The notes: generated from the sequence alone by a model not told the origin. DNA of 64,000 nucleotides from Amphiscolops sp. MND2022 (GCA_964187785.1 OZ076416.1:48670001-48734000); one strand, 5' to 3'; counted from the stretch's first letter, positions 46,474-60,660 are shown. Made by a program: numbers and translations.

Positions 46474-48400
46474 TTTTTTTCACTATCAGATATCATGGAT
46501 CTACGTCATCAATCAAGTGTATCTTGTGTATCAGCCATGTGTATCATCATGTTGGGGGAAGATGGCCGCATTGCCGATCTGAAGAGGCACTGAAACCCGT
46601 TGCTTCAAAATAGCCGTTGATCGTCGTGTGAACCACAGAGCATTTTACAGAGACGCGTGATGAAAATTTCGCTGCTCTCTTCTAAAGAACTCTGTACTTC
46701 CATGGCCACAGGTTGAAAAAATCCATTGTCTAATAATTCGCGATGTTTCTCAATTTTACGCGCTTCACATGAGGTGGCGGTGGTTCCCGGGTTGCATAAG
46801 GAGCCGTGATTTAGGCGACTGGGTGCAAGAGCATCCACAACCGTGACATCCCACACCAGCTGTTTACCCATTTCCCAAAGAATCATGGTAACACCGTCTG
46901 GGCGTTTGCCATCAGTTCGGTACAGTCCACCCGGTTCGAGCATAAAAGGCAAGTCGAGAAATCCCAACGTCTGCTTTATGAGAGAATGGAGAGTAGCTTG
47001 ACGTGAGAAGGGATCAGCACTCTTGGTGCAAGAAAGACCGTGTAAACCGTCACGTTCAACTCTTTGACCACAGTGGTACTTATGCGCAACACAGATGTTG
47101 TCTCCGAGACGCAAACCAATTGAAATTCGAAGCTGCTGATCATCAAGTTTCAGGCCTAGGTTCTCACAAGGAAGGACGTTCAGCCATTATTGAGACGCGA
47201 ATTTTCCTTGATGAGCGTTAAAAACTTTCGAACGTTTGTCATCCTTTCTATAAATCAAATCTTGGGCGTTTCATATTTTTCCAAGAGAGCTGGATGGTTA
47301 AAATATGTACTAGTTCTCAGGAAGTACAACAACTTTGGCAAACTGAAGCAATTTTTCAACTTAAAAAAACCATAGTGCGCATCTAGTTTTTCAACAATCC
47401 CATTAACTTTTGCAGTTCATGTTTTTTCTTTTCCAATAAGTCTGCTTGTGATTTCGGGCCGAGCGGTGAACCAAGAACGATAAGTCCATCTTTCTTTGCT
47501 GTTTTGATCACGGGGCAAAGTTTTTGGAAAAATGCTAAATTTGTCGGTCGTTGTTTTTCAGCGATGTCACCAGGGAAAAAATTTCACATTTCGTGGGTTT
47601 AATTTTGAGTCCCAGCGTTTCTTCCGCTTCAACAATTTTTTTGAGATCTTTCAAAACTGTTCTGTATTCATCACTTAAATTTCCATCGTCAAGGTACCAT
47701 AGGTTTTTTTCGACTCCAAACTGTCAATCAGATCCTGAATGGATTCCGAAAGTAAAGCTGGAGACTCAGGATCCCATTGCTGTGTCCGCTCACAAGATTT
47801 GATTACTGAAAAAAAAGAAAACTTGGCTGACTCTACGCTGAGTGTGAGTACTTACAACCTTCATGGTGTACTTCAAACGTTTTTTCCAGCATGAAATGTC
47901 GGTTTATCTAATTGAAAGCGTTTTCAAAGTCAATTTTCAAACTTACTAGTTTCTCACCAAACAAGTACGATCGAAGGTCGAAAAGTACTTTTGCTTCGAG
48001 AATCACATTCACAAGAATTGTTATCGCTCTGAGAAAACTCAGTCCAATTTGCCTGTTTGACTTGGAAATCAAATCTTTCAAAACGTTGGCGAATATCCAT
48101 CCAAACCTGCACTAGAGTTGTTGGGGAAGGACTTGAGAGCCTTAGGGACGAAGAACTGCGAGGTTGAAAAACATTCGATACCTGTGGGGTCCGGAAGAGA
48201 GCAAGTTTCCCTGAGCGGACGTTTCATCTTGAGGCGTAGTTGTCGACCGTAGTTAACCCGATTACGCTTGTTGATTTTTGCACTGAGTGATAGCGTCTGA
48301 CGTTTACCTCCTTGCAAAGCCTACAATGTACCCAGTTTCTCAACCCCGATGGCTTCAGACACTACAGAACTTTGCTGGACAAACTTGGTATTTCTACATC
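46474..48400 (-). mobile_element. Second CRE-clade copy with multiple internal deletions
   Basis: ORF 46605-47114 (HGLSCTKS..RQATLHS..DGKRPDGVT..LVWDVT); same 3' end (ccccaacatgatgatacacatgg..ccatgatat..A-tail) as 33700-33776; PHD-like remnant at 48312-48370. Confidence 0.85.
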
Positions 48401-48826
48401 TGAATGACTACCTGTAGGGTCACTCCTTAGCTTACGCTTGTGGTTTTTTCCGGCATAATTCGGGTGAAAACAAGTTCCAGATAATACTTTAATCATACTG
48501 ATAATTCTTTAGTGTCCAGAAACCATTCAGTCTGTCAACTGGCAATATTTTTGTTGAGATAACAGTAGTACAAATGAAAGATAGAAAAGTGGTCAAAGTA
48601 GGAAAATCAAAGCAAAAGCTAAGCTTTAACAAATTGAAAGCAACTAACGAATCAAGTTCACTCGAGATTCGGGACTAAAATTGTGTCTTTTACTAATCCC
48701 GCTCCGTGAATTCACCCCTTGTTCAACTCGGCGTGCTCTCCGAAACGGGAAATCCAAATAAGGTAGGCTTCCTTGGGACTTGGCATTTGGCTTCATCCCA
48801 CTTTTAAGGGAAAGTGGAAATCTTAC

Positions 48827-48918
48827 CGCTTCCTAGTTCCGCGTTCCTTTCTTCTTCTTTCCCCGCCTTTTCAAGACGCCGGAGTCAAAGTTGGCATTGA
48901 AATTCATGAACTTAGCAA
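48827..48918 (-). other. Candidate orphan exon with strong splice signals
   Basis: ttccttttcccgcttcag acceptor and G|GTAAGA donor; only the phase-1 frame is open: AKFMNFNANFDSGVLKRRGKKKKGTRN*. Confidence 0.3.
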
Positions 48919-51900
48919 CTGAAGCGGGAAAAGGAAATGAAACTTTCCTTGATAGACAATGAAAATTTACAAGACTTGAACCACAAGACTGCATTCGATA
49001 AAAGAATTGGCAATCAAATTAATTTCAATCATCGGCAATAACTCAAACATATAATGATTAGAGCGAGTTGAGCAAGATGATTTCCGGTCGTACGTCGGGC
49101 GTTCACACACGATTGACTAAGTTTCAACAGTTAACCAGAGTGATGATTCAATTTATTCGAGGGGGGTTTTCGAATAACTACAGTAAACAATAATAAGCAA
49201 CAGATACTGGGTAAAACATTTCTCGAGGTTAATGATTAGACTGACTACATGGATAGCTCCACCTAAACTCGAGTGACGGGTGAATGACTCAATAATTGTA
49301 TGTTGGTTGCCCTAGTGGTTCAACCGAATTAAATCCTGAATAGCATCAATTTACAGAGACAAATAACAATGGAATAACATGAACACGTACGGTTTAACAC
49401 GACAAAACACATTAGGTGGGATAGAATACAGGTAAATTACACAACGACTCTTCCGAGTAATCATTCCGATTGGCGGGTAGCCCCGGTCGCCGACGTAGCG
49501 TGGATATTTTGGCCGGCTGTCCAGGCGGACGACCAAATTTTAAAATAATAGAATATATTATAAAACCACCAGATCATTGCTAATTACGTTGCTTCAGTTT
49601 ACCTTCGACATTTCCAATGGGAGTAATTTCTTTTAAACTCTGAAATGCTTCTAAATTTACATTTAGCATCGTTTAATTACTTTCACAATTACGATTATTC
49701 AGTTGAGCGACTGAGCGTGCGTCCAGCTTTGCTCAACTGGTATGCTGCCTGGGAGGTTGACTCAAATTGGTTAACGGTGTTGCGCTTGTTGCTGATTGGT
49801 TTATACAAAAACCGAAAATGAGTAGTTGCTCTTAGCCGCTGCTACTGGCGCAGCACTCCAGTCAGCGCGCTAGCTGTGACTCTAAGCAAATTACTGCACT
49901 TATTTCTCTTTAACTAATTACAAATGTATGTTTTTCAGGTACTGCACAATGGTGTTATTATTAAAAATTCCCATAGTTAATTATTCATATCAATTCTTGT
50001 TAGCTGGGTGTTTCTTTTCATGTTTCATGGTGTTTTGTTTTTTCTTTCTTGTCGTCTTCTCCACTTTCTTCCCTAGGCGTTCCTCCTAAGTTCTGAATCT
50101 CGCAGCGTTGTGGGGACTGCGTCAATCCCTGGCTTTTTTGAGGGACGTCCACAATGGGAAGAAGTGGAGAAACTTGCCTGAGTGGTGATGATTTAGGTTG
50201 GCGAAAGACAGATTGTATCATTGAATCATAGGACATCCAGGATGACTCTGATGTCCAATCGATGCCCGAAAAATAACCAATTGAGCTATAGTCGCTAGAG
50301 ACTTGGCTAGTTGTTCCGTCGTTGTGGCTGAATAGTCAGCTCACCATATGATCGTATGTTCGGGGTGGGCACATAAATGCATCGGATTTACTGGATTTTG
50401 TAGTGTAAAACAGCGAATAGTTGATTCATCATTTCGGGCAGTATGTAAGAGTGATACATTTGCTACATCATGGTGTAACACAACATGGCGTTCGTCTGTC
50501 TTGACGACTTTGTAAAGATTCTCAATTACTAAGGATTGTTCTGCGTCATTGATCTTTGGTGTTGATTAAGCTTGGGGTCTTTGTAGGTAGTCGTTTTGGT
50601 CGCGATCTACTAGGAAACAATCTTGAAGTAAATCAAATTCTGTTGATAGCATTCTTTTTATCTCAATGAATTGAGGGATAATAGTCGAGGAACAGCTAAG
50701 CGTTCAAGTGATGATTGCTATTCCTTCAATTTTGTCCACTCCGCTTGCGTGATCGGGAAAGCGTTAAGCTGGCAGACTGAACGACTTCCACTACGTCATA
50801 ATAGTATTCAAAGTTTATATTTCGGTTGGTTTTACGCCACGTTTTTGTTCGGTTTAACTCAAAGGTAATTTTTAAGTCGCTTTGTTGAGAAAAAGACTGA
50901 TTCCTCGGATGAGGATGCTCTCCAATTTGCTCGGTCGCAGCAAATTGGACTAATCGAGAGTGAGGGTGAGTCTCTGGGAAGTAGAAAAGTCTGTGTTGGA
51001 GCGGATTATGTGGAGGAAGACGAGGGTAGAGCAGCAAATATCCCGATGGAAGAAACTGCGGTCAGTCGGATATGTGATGAAATATGTGCAGGGGTGATTC
51101 GGCGACTGAGAGTTGACTGGAAATTGTGGAAGGGACCAGAGAGATTCAATGTGAAGGTATAGTCGATGACGTAGCAGTGCCCAGTGAGAGTGATTCAGTT
51201 GGGCCTGGCTCTCAATCAATTCGGAAAGTTGCTGGCTTGGGTGAGACTGATACGGCCGACAGTGCTGACGACGATAGTGGTGAAGGTTCTGGTGCTGCTT
51301 TCCCAGATATTGGGTCGACTCGTGGTGACGACGATGCCTTATCTGTCCATTCTTCCGGCAGTGATGCACGCCATGATCTAGATTATCTACGTGACAAACC
51401 AGGTGGGTTGCTTAGCTATTTGGTAATGGCCAGTTAACAGTTTTAATGGTAGTAAGCAGACGCGTCATTTCATCTACCTTTGTTACCACAGGGCTTCCTG
51501 ATAATCCAGACGATGAGGATTTCACCCCTTCCTCAGCCACGGGTGATGTCGGGTCACGTCGCAGTAAGCGATTGGTGTCGGCTTTGCAAAGTTTTTCCTC
51601 AAAGAGGGTCTGTGCTGATGTTTTGAGTTCTGATGACAGCCCTGGTCTTGGTTTTTCTGACGTCCTTGGTAGAGACGATGAAGGTAGGTGTTTCATTCGT
51701 CGATTCAGTTGTGTTTGTCCAGACATGAGTAGCTATTACCGGTTGTTTTCAGCTCAGACCGCTATTCCTCAAGATGGGGACACTTTCGATGTTGAGGGTC
51801 ATTTGCCCAGTGGGTCGCCTGTTGTTTCCCCGCTTCTTCATGTCAAAGAATCAGCTTGTGGTTCGAAGGCGAAACGTGGTCGCACGCAGACCATCGTCCT

Positions 51901-52939
51901 GCGGAAGGACTGGAGAGATCCGTGCTGCACAATGAAGGCGACAAATGTTAAATTCCGCCTTAGTTGATTTGCATTGTTGACGTCATACGTCTGGAATTGT
52001 CGTGTGCTGTAGGCCTTTCCGTTGGTGTTTAGTGTCATTGTATTGTTCTGTTTAGCTGTACTGACAGAAGTGCCTACTGAGGCAGTTTGCCTATCTTCGA
52101 GTCAGAATATAGCGTATGGTCAAGAAGCTGTACGTGTGGAGCTGTCACAATCTCCAATAGGAGAAAGATCTCTGTCACCCCGTAAGTGTTCTTCCGTACA
52201 CTGTGGCATCTTGTTTGGTTGACTGTCTTCTTGATTTCGTCTGGTCGTTCGTTTAGTGTCGTTTTGTGTTCGGTTTTGTGTTTATGTGCTGTCTTGGTTA
52301 GGTGTCGGGTTACCATTCATCCTTGTGTTGTTCAAGTATGGAAGAAGATGTACAGTTGCTGAAGTCAAAAGGCATCGAAGTTCAGATCAGCTATATAATT
52401 AGGATAAGACCAAACGTAAACTTGATGCGAGATATGAACGGAAGAAAAGGAGGCCGACTGAGCGTCATGGGTTCCACAAAGAGATGGCTGTTCGAGCTAT
52501 CTACCAGCTGTTCGTCAGTCAATTGCTTTAATTGCGCAATATTTCAGAAGGACATCAGTTTCTCAAGCCGGGGGAACTTGAAATGTGACGCCACTTTAGT
52601 CGCAAGTTTCACTATTTGAAAGATCGGCGGTATAAACTGGATCATGAATAATTGATTTACACCCCTCAGTATGATGCAGCAATAAATACGCCCGGATTTG
52701 ACTTTGGAAAATTTGAAGCTGGATTTGGCAAAAATCAGGCTGTCAGAAAGATCTCCTCACCACTGCTAAAAGAGTGATACACCGAAGGCGAAGCTAGCAC
52801 ATGCACGACATACTCGCCAGTTCTTGAGCACACTAAAATAAATGGCGTGGTATATGTGTTCCCTCAAGGAGTGAGTCTAGGGGCACATGAACTAGACAGC
52901 TAAAGCATCAGCAAACAAGAGCCCACAATTGAGGCCCGC

Positions 52940-55900
52940 ACTGATGAGCGTGAGTTGCTCGTGGTATCCTTTGCAGTGCCAGATGCTAACCCAATTCCAC
53001 TGCAAGGAATGGTTGACACGGGGTCTGGTGAATCAATCATGACTTTTTCGGCCTTCAACCGTGTAGCTTTGCAGACAGGTGTAACGCTACAACCTCGCCG
53101 AATTGACTTGTATGCTTCTAACGAAAAAACGATTAAAACATTTGAAATAGCGGAGCGTGTGCTTCCAACTAGATGGATGTGAACTCGAAACTTATTTCGT
53201 GGTCGTCGATGATGCACGTGGATTGGAGGCTTTCTTGCTGGGAAGGAGTTTCCTACAAGCATATATCATGCTGGTAGGTCCGACCTCCATGAAAATAGTG
53301 GTGCGAGCACCCGCTAAGCCCGTGTGACATCACACACACGCCCAGACGAGTGACGGAGCTTTATCCAGTACAGTAGTTTTGGATCAGGACACAGTGCTCC
53401 AACCATTTAACTGCCGTTCTGCGAGTCGAAGTGGTCACTTCATACTTGGAAGCCTTTCGTTCTCAGAAATGTTGTGATTAAATTTGCAATTCCACACCGA
53501 CTGCTGAAGAATACCATGTTCGTGGAAGACACTCTAGCTACTGTCGGAAAGACAGGTTTGTTTTATGTCTCTGTTGGCAACCTGACAAGCAATGCCCAGA
53601 TTGTAAAGAGCGGCACCATACTTGGTACTGCAGCGCCAGAACACGTGGTCTACCATGCAGTTCCCGCTTGTGCTGGAGCGCACAATGCCGATAGTGATCA
53701 AAATCGAAAGTGACAAAAGATTTTGTCAACAGGGTCTATGGCGAAATTGATTTGAGTTCCCAATCAAAATGGTTGTCGTCATCGAAATTTGATTTCCTTT
53801 CTCCCACGGACCCATCGGAGGAAGAGGCGTTATCGGAGTGCAAGATCAGGAAGCGCACTGACCCTGATCTATTGACCCCTATTCTCGGGGCCCGAAGTTG
53901 GAGGAGGTACAAAAGATGTTGGCAAACGGTATCGTAATTTTTAGGAAAAAAATGGGGAGTTGCGATTTTGTTGCAACTTCCATCCATTAAACGAAGTAAG
54001 CACCAAAGACGCTTTCCCTCTGCCTCGCATTGACGAGAGACTGGGTAGATTAGGCAAAGCAAAGATCTACACGAGCATTGACCTCGCTTGGGCATTTTGG
54101 CATCTTTTTCAGGCTAGCTTGTTGAGACTCTTCGAATGGCGAAGAATGGCATTCACAATGTGCAATGCCTTTGCAACCTTTCAACGAGCAATAGCGCGAG
54201 CGCTACGGAAAATTGTGAACCGGGAAGAAAGCATGGTAATGACGGATATTGACGACATTGTCTTTACTACCGAGACAGTCTAGGACATGGTACGCTTACG
54301 CGAGGTATTTGAATGTCTAAGCGAGGCTGGCTCCAAAATGAGATTCGCTAAGTGCAACTTTATGAGAGGAAATCAAGAATCTGGGACGGGTGTCACCAGT
54401 GGTCTCCGCTGAAGGTATCAAACCGGATCCTAAAGCAGTGTCTAAACTGGGCGATTTGGAAGTACCCCGGAACAAAACGGAACTGCAAAGCTTTTTGGGC
54501 TTTGCCAACTATTATCGCGAAATTATTCCTTGGCATGCCAAGGTTGTGGCCCCCTTGCATGTTATTACCGGCCTGGCGCAAGTTTTGCCTAGGGGGTGTG
54601 GGCAGCAACAGGCTTTCAACGCCAGTAAGTTGGCTTTGATCGAGGCAAATTCCTTGGCGCAACCGGATTCGGAGGGCTAATTTGTGCTGGACACTGATGT
54701 GGTGTCCCAGTTTCTGGTTTCTGCATCGGTGGAAAGGTCCTCCGGGCGAAAGGCGCCTGAGAACAACCGTGTACGGGTTGCAAAAAGTTGAATGGCACTC
54801 AAGCAAAGAATGGCGCTCCCAAATCGGAATTGAATGCCGCCTATCATTTCATTGTCAAAAATAGCAGCTATCTGAGGTTTGACAATCAGGCTTTTTCCTG
54901 GTTGAAAACGTATTCATCTGATCAGGCCTTGATTGGTTAATGAATTATGGCACCCGAGAAGTAGCATTTCAAAGTGGAGCATCGTCCGAGGACTCAGCAT
55001 TGTATTGCCGATGGACTAAGTAAACGAACCAACGATTATCAGTGGCCAGAGAAGCAGCTCGAGATGCTGCCACCTGTAGCGAACAATAGAAATTTCCTCT
55101 CACAGGAGGAATTTGACCAGCTGCCCGTTGCAGCCTGGGTCAATTTGCAGGGTGGGGTGATACCCAATATCCCCGATTTGCCCGCTCACATGCGGAACAC
55201 TAAACCAGACAACAAAAATGCAGTTTGTACTGTTGCACGACGGCGCAAGAGCCGTCATGCAACTGAGAAAAAGAAGAGAGGGCTACGCGCTCCTCTACCT
55301 GAGACACGAGTGCCTACATTACAAACATCCGAAAACTTTTGTCTGGATTATCCCGAGGACTGGATTGACGTCACTGAGGAGGCTACGCAAAATTACTTGC
55401 TGCCTACGCATTTGGCAAATATCCTCTCTCGTATGACGTATTCCCTCGTTGAAACAGCGGAGAAAGCCATGCTTTCAGCTCCCTACGTGATAAGGCAAGC
55501 TGTCAAAGACATATACACTGAACTTCACGAAAATGCCAACACGGTGGATGGCATCAAGGACCTGCTTTCGGCGCAGAACCGTGATGGACATGTGTTAGCC
55601 ATTTTTCCCGAGGACGTGCGCGCGTTCGCTCGTAACTATCACACGCAGAAAAAAAATCTCCTGTTCATAAACAAAATCGGAATCCTTTGTGTCAAGTATC
55701 CACCTCAGCAACGTCCATTGCACGAACGTCCGTGCATGATTGTATTGCCGCAACTGTACCAGCATGAGATTTTGTTTCGTGCGCGTGATGCCATGGGCCA
55801 CCAAGGCATTGCAAAGGTGGTGTCGCGAATACAAAAATGCCATACCTGGTCGGTCATTCGTCGCAGTGTCGGGCTGTACGTGAGTCAGTGTCTCACGTGC

Positions 55901-56600
55901 CAGCAAGTACGTGACAAACCAGGTGACGTTCGGTTTCACCAGAAAAGTATCCAAAATGGGTATTTCAATGAGCTGCACCAGTATGACCATCAGAAATAAT
56001 GCCCCTCCGAAAACAACAAGACAGGCAAATTCGTGATAATTGACCATTTCTCTAAGTTTGCAGAGGCCGTACCCTACAGCCATGAAGAATACGATGCAGT
56101 TTTCACGACTAGGTTTCTGTTGCAGAAATGGTTTGCCAGACACTGCACGCCAACGGGCAGAATGTGACTGCAGTGTCCAATGAGCTCAAAAGAGCGTCGC
56201 AGGTCACAAAAGTCACCTATATAGCGGACAACCGCGCACCCAAGGCTCGGTTAAACCACAGAGACGGACTTTGCTGACGCTGTTAAGGGTATTCTGCTCG
56301 CCTCGCATGAGAGATTAGGATCAGCATTTGAATGAAGTCATGGGAGCGTACAATTCAACGCGTCATGGCACGATTGGTGTCTCACCTTCTATGCTAATTC
56401 GCGTAACTGAAAAGACTAATCCGTTGATGTATCTGTATTCAGAAAATGCAACCAGATCATTTGAATCGCATGGAGCTTATGTGCAGCATATTGTCGCTCG
56501 GCAGCGAGAGGTTAATGACATAGTGTGGAGAAACACTAATTGAAGTATGATCGTGTCATTCGTGCGATCGCATACAATGTAGGAGACCACGTTAGGGTTT
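52940..56600 (+). pseudogene. gypsy pol remnant (many frameshifts and stops)
   Basis: ORF pieces 52955, 53474, 53960, 54390, 54974 and 56328 carry consecutive pol motifs in different frames. Confidence 0.85.
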
Positions 56601-58441
56601 TCTACCGCTATGTACCTCAAGAAGGATCACCGAAGTTGATGAACTACAGGATGGCCGTGTCTATTTTGTGAACTCAGGACAAAAAGTGCACTTCGATGTG
56701 CTGAACCTTTAACATAGTGGTCCTACGGAATTTTTTGTGCTTTCCGCGGGGACTGACATAGTAATCGTTGTAATGGATCCTGAGCCTGCGCGCTCTGCTG
56801 AGGAGATCCTAGACGACTGCTTGCAAACCCCATATCACGAAAAGGAACTGCTCTCTGAAGCATCAAATGTATCTCTACAATCAAAGAAACGCCACTGGAT
56901 AGAGACAAGGCTGCGTACGCGAATGCGAGTCGGAGGCAGTCGTCTCCACTACAGGAAATTCGACAATTCCAAGATGTTCCCATTGCAACAACAGAAGTCT
57001 AAGTGTCCCTACCGGGTACCTCTGCTCCCCTGTTGACAAAACAGTTACTTAACGGATGTGCCGATTACTATTCCCCAATAGCCGAATAGCACCTCCAACC
57101 TCCAAGACACTGAAACCCGTAACACCGGGTTATCCAGCATAAATGAGCAAGCTACTCGGGACAACGTCCCTAGTACGCATGCAACAAATTCCCATTCCCA
57201 GTTTACCCGCTCAATCGCGCAACGGAAAACAGGTCATAGAGGACGCCCTCCTCGGCGGCCCAGAGGAAACACTACTAGTTCTTCGCGGGAAACAGGTCGT
57301 GAAATCGACACACAGCCATCAAGTTTATCGGAGTCTGATTCTGAAGCGCCCACATCGCAGCTTACATCCGATGTTGACTAAGGCGCATCGCAGGTTAACC
57401 CACACTATGGTTTACGCCTAAACAGTGTACCCCGATGTCGTTATGGAACCTGCGAGTTCCGCGATTGCACTTGTATCATGGCTCTGAACAAGTCTCCTAC
57501 TATTCTCACTGAACCTCCAGTGATCCAAGTGGATCCACGGTCTCGAATTCTCAGCCGCAATGGTAAACGTCTCGTCAGTCGCGTAGTCATCCGCGCGGAG
57601 GATACATGCACCGGACTAGAAAGACATTGGATCATTCCTCTAGATGTCATTCTGGAAAAGATGGCCCAATCCAAGAGTGCTGAAGAACCTTGTTCCGTTT
57701 CAAGCAGTGGGCGACAGATATCCGGGGATTGGAATTCACACTTGCCGTCACAGTGCCTCCTGTTACTCCTAGCATTGTGTTTGGACCTTTCATTTATGAG
57801 AGGGAACCCATACAGATGGTCCGCTGTTTTACAGCTGACCTCCTATCTGACAAATTCGGCATTACATGTCAGCCTGGTGAAGTGTATCCTCGCACTGTCC
57901 TTACAGAGGGCCTCAATATGTGCTTCCACGTCGTTAATCTTTATCGTGCCAAATTCCAGTTCCGATGGTGGCTAGAGCTGATTATCACCTTGTTCGCCAG
58001 CTTCCCTCGTTTCCGCCTTTTGGAGAATTGGACCCATTCCCTTAACGAGCCTGTAAAGATACACACTGCACTTGGTACTGTTGACGCATGGTTGACAGCA
58101 AAGGCCAATAATCGGTTATTATCAAGCATTTGAAAGCGTCATTATTGTCCAATGAAACACCTGATATTCACTCATCCTCAGAGGACCCTGCGAGCCCACT
58201 TCGCAGCTTGGACATTTTCTATCATTGTGTCATGGACGTTTTTGCAGGAGCTGGTCTCATCGTTACTCTGCATGATCGCGTCTGTGTCTCCATTGCCAGT
58301 ATTGCACAATTTATTGGCATTACTTACCTTTACTCCCGATGCTTTATGTTTGATACATCATTTTGGTAGCACGTGTTGCTACCAGGTGATGATGCCTATC
58401 CATTGACCGAACCACACTCCACTTTTCAATGGTGGAGGGGG

Positions 58442-58993
58442 TGTCGTCAATGCGCAATTTACCCTCCTGCAATTTTTGTGTTGGACATTCAAAGGCGGTG
58501 CTTGATGACCAAAGTCCGGGGAATCAACTAAAGCCCGGGTTGGCCTAGTTGAGAATATTATCACGCCGTGAACCTCAACTATCTGAATATCAACACCCGG
58601 AGAGTATCACCTCCTTTTGTAATGTACACTTGGCACCTTGAGGCTCATTTTCAAGCAGTTGTTTATAAAACTTGACACCAAAACGTTCGTTTTAGTCATG
58701 TAAACGTCGTTAGATTCAACCCAGAAAATCCACATGTATCGCATCGCAGTAAGGTGTTTTTTATTTTTAGCGTAAAGTCTATTTTGCCTACTCGGCTCCA
58801 GTTGTACTCTCACGAGCAGTTCGTAGGCCCAAACCAAGGCTAACTGTGAGCAAAAAATATCAAAGAAACAGCTTGTCTTCCTGTTAAAGAAAAGATGTTT
58901 TTGATGAGAACTGCGTGCGGTTCGGAGCCTGAGAGCTTCTCGTAAAATAAATTTCAAACGTGAAAAAACATTGTGCTTGCAAGATCCTGTTCA
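58442..58993 (+). repeat. Candidate LTR (TG...CA)
   Basis: Preceded by purine tract ggtggagggg; begins TGTCG; AATAAA about 45 nt before the ..GTTCA end; followed by aattTGGTGC (PBS-like). Confidence 0.4.
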
Positions 58994-60660
58994 AATTTGG
59001 TGCACAAAAGTTGTGCTAACCAATTGGTGCTCCTGGATTGATATTTGGAATTTTGGGTGTTTGTTTTCTAGCTAGAGAGCTAGCTCAGTGTAAACAGTTA
59101 GTGGACGATGCAGGCTCTGTGGATGACAAGAAGCAAGACAACAGGGTTGCCCAATCAGCGAAAGATGACAGTGTCGCTGTCCCTTGCAACTTCAATTTGA
59201 ACTCCCGGTTGATTGAAAAGAGGCTAATGTCCGGGGAGTGATCTAATGGGGACCCCTGACACAGTCGATTTTGAAACTGTGACATGTCAGTATTTTTCTG
59301 AAAATGGTAAATTCGATGTGTGAGGTGGCTCTGAGCATGCGAATGCTCTTTTCGCTGTTTTCACCATTTGCAATGAACAATAAGGACCGAGCAAGACGGA
59401 GCGAGAACGAAAAAAAAACGAAACAGCCTGAGTGCTTAGAGGACTGTAAAAAACTCTGTTTGAGGTGCTAACCCTGGTTTTCATCGATTTTGGCATTATT
59501 CTACCTTAAGTAGCGAAAACCAATGAAATGAGTTTTCTTTCGCCTAATTGTCCTCATTTGGTGCTTGGAGGCCCAGTGCCCCATCTTGTAGCTGTGTGGT
59601 TTGCCCTATTCATGCGTGCTTTAATGTAGTTTCACTGTTTGTAGCTGTATTTACTAGCTCGAGCGCTAATTTAAATAAAATTTCGAGTTTTAGACCATTT
59701 TCCGATGTCACCCTGGAATTGGAAATTTACTTTGTCCTTGGCGTTGTTTTTATTTGCTTGCTAAGCGGTGGTTTTTAGAGAGTCAGGAAGATGCCCGTTA
59801 CTATCGGCAATTAAAGACTAGGACTGGTTGGAGAGTATTCACATTGAAGCACCCACGGCCCCTTGACTTATTTCACCCCTGGAGGCAAAATGGATCCCGT
59901 GGCGATGGGCGCCTGTCCCGAGCAATTCACCCATTTTTGCGGGTTCCTCCACCTCTGTTGACGTGTCAAGCAACCGATAACAGCTTGCCGTTACGTGAAA
60001 CCTCATTTTACAATAGCTTGCCATTTTACAATAGTTATAGTGTAGTTTTGAGTACACTTTGTAGCTCAATAAATTGCGGTGCCATTTGTTCCAACCTCAA
60101 GAGCTGTGTTTCGATTTGAGCGAAATCTGTCAAGAACACCTCGTGGGAGCAGCCCCGTGTACCAGGCTGGCATCTCATAAACAACAATAAAAGATAGACT
60201 CTCATGTGTTTTTAAAATTCTTGAACAACCAACGGATCTTCTTTCCCAGCAAATATTGTTTGTAGGATAAAGCATATAAAATATAGGATAAAGCATATAG
60301 GATAAAGCAGCAAATAAAGTGTTCTTTCTATGAAACATAGCTATCTAACCCCGCTTCGTCTGTTTAGTTAGACACATTCAGTATTTTGAGCAAACTATAA
60401 AAGCCAATATGATCCCCTCGAAAATCTTTAGTGGTTTAAAAATAATTGGATGTGTTCTGAATTTGAATTCCTCTGGACTAGTGAATTATTCTGCAGCCCG
60501 TCATTCAAAACGTCATAGGAAAATATTAACTATCTCCTATCAGAAACTGCAACGAAGAACTAGATCACAAAATTACGAATTACGTTCCAGGGAATGTTCT
60601 GTCTCTTTCTTTTCAACACTCAAAGAGCAGTTTTATGATAAAAGAGGAACCTAAAACATT

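Larger units (their letters stand above)
50950..58993 (+). mobile_element. Ty3/gypsy LTR retrotransposon, heavily decayed (gag-like, PR, RT, RH, IN, long 3' region, candidate LTR)
   Basis: GMVDTGSG (protease, near 53010); KDAFPLPRIDE..IDLAWAFW..CNA.ATFQR..DIDD (RT); LQSFLGFANYYR..AFN..K.AL..FVLDTD..HRP..H.IADGLS (RH); MGHQG..CLTCQQ, IIDHFSKFAEAVP, YNST.H...GVSP (IN). The order PR-RT-RH-IN is gypsy-type; no matching 5' LTR found. Confidence 0.88.

Noticed and set aside
46474-48400. Idea that the deletions in CRE copy 2 are spliced-out introns (processed copy)
   Set aside because: One junction is compatible with GT..AG, but others (e.g. near 47945 and 47815) are not; ordinary deletions explain them.
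50018-50236. 72-aa minus-strand ORF as a host gene
   Set aside because: No domain, no convincing splice partners, and it lies at the edge of the gypsy element.
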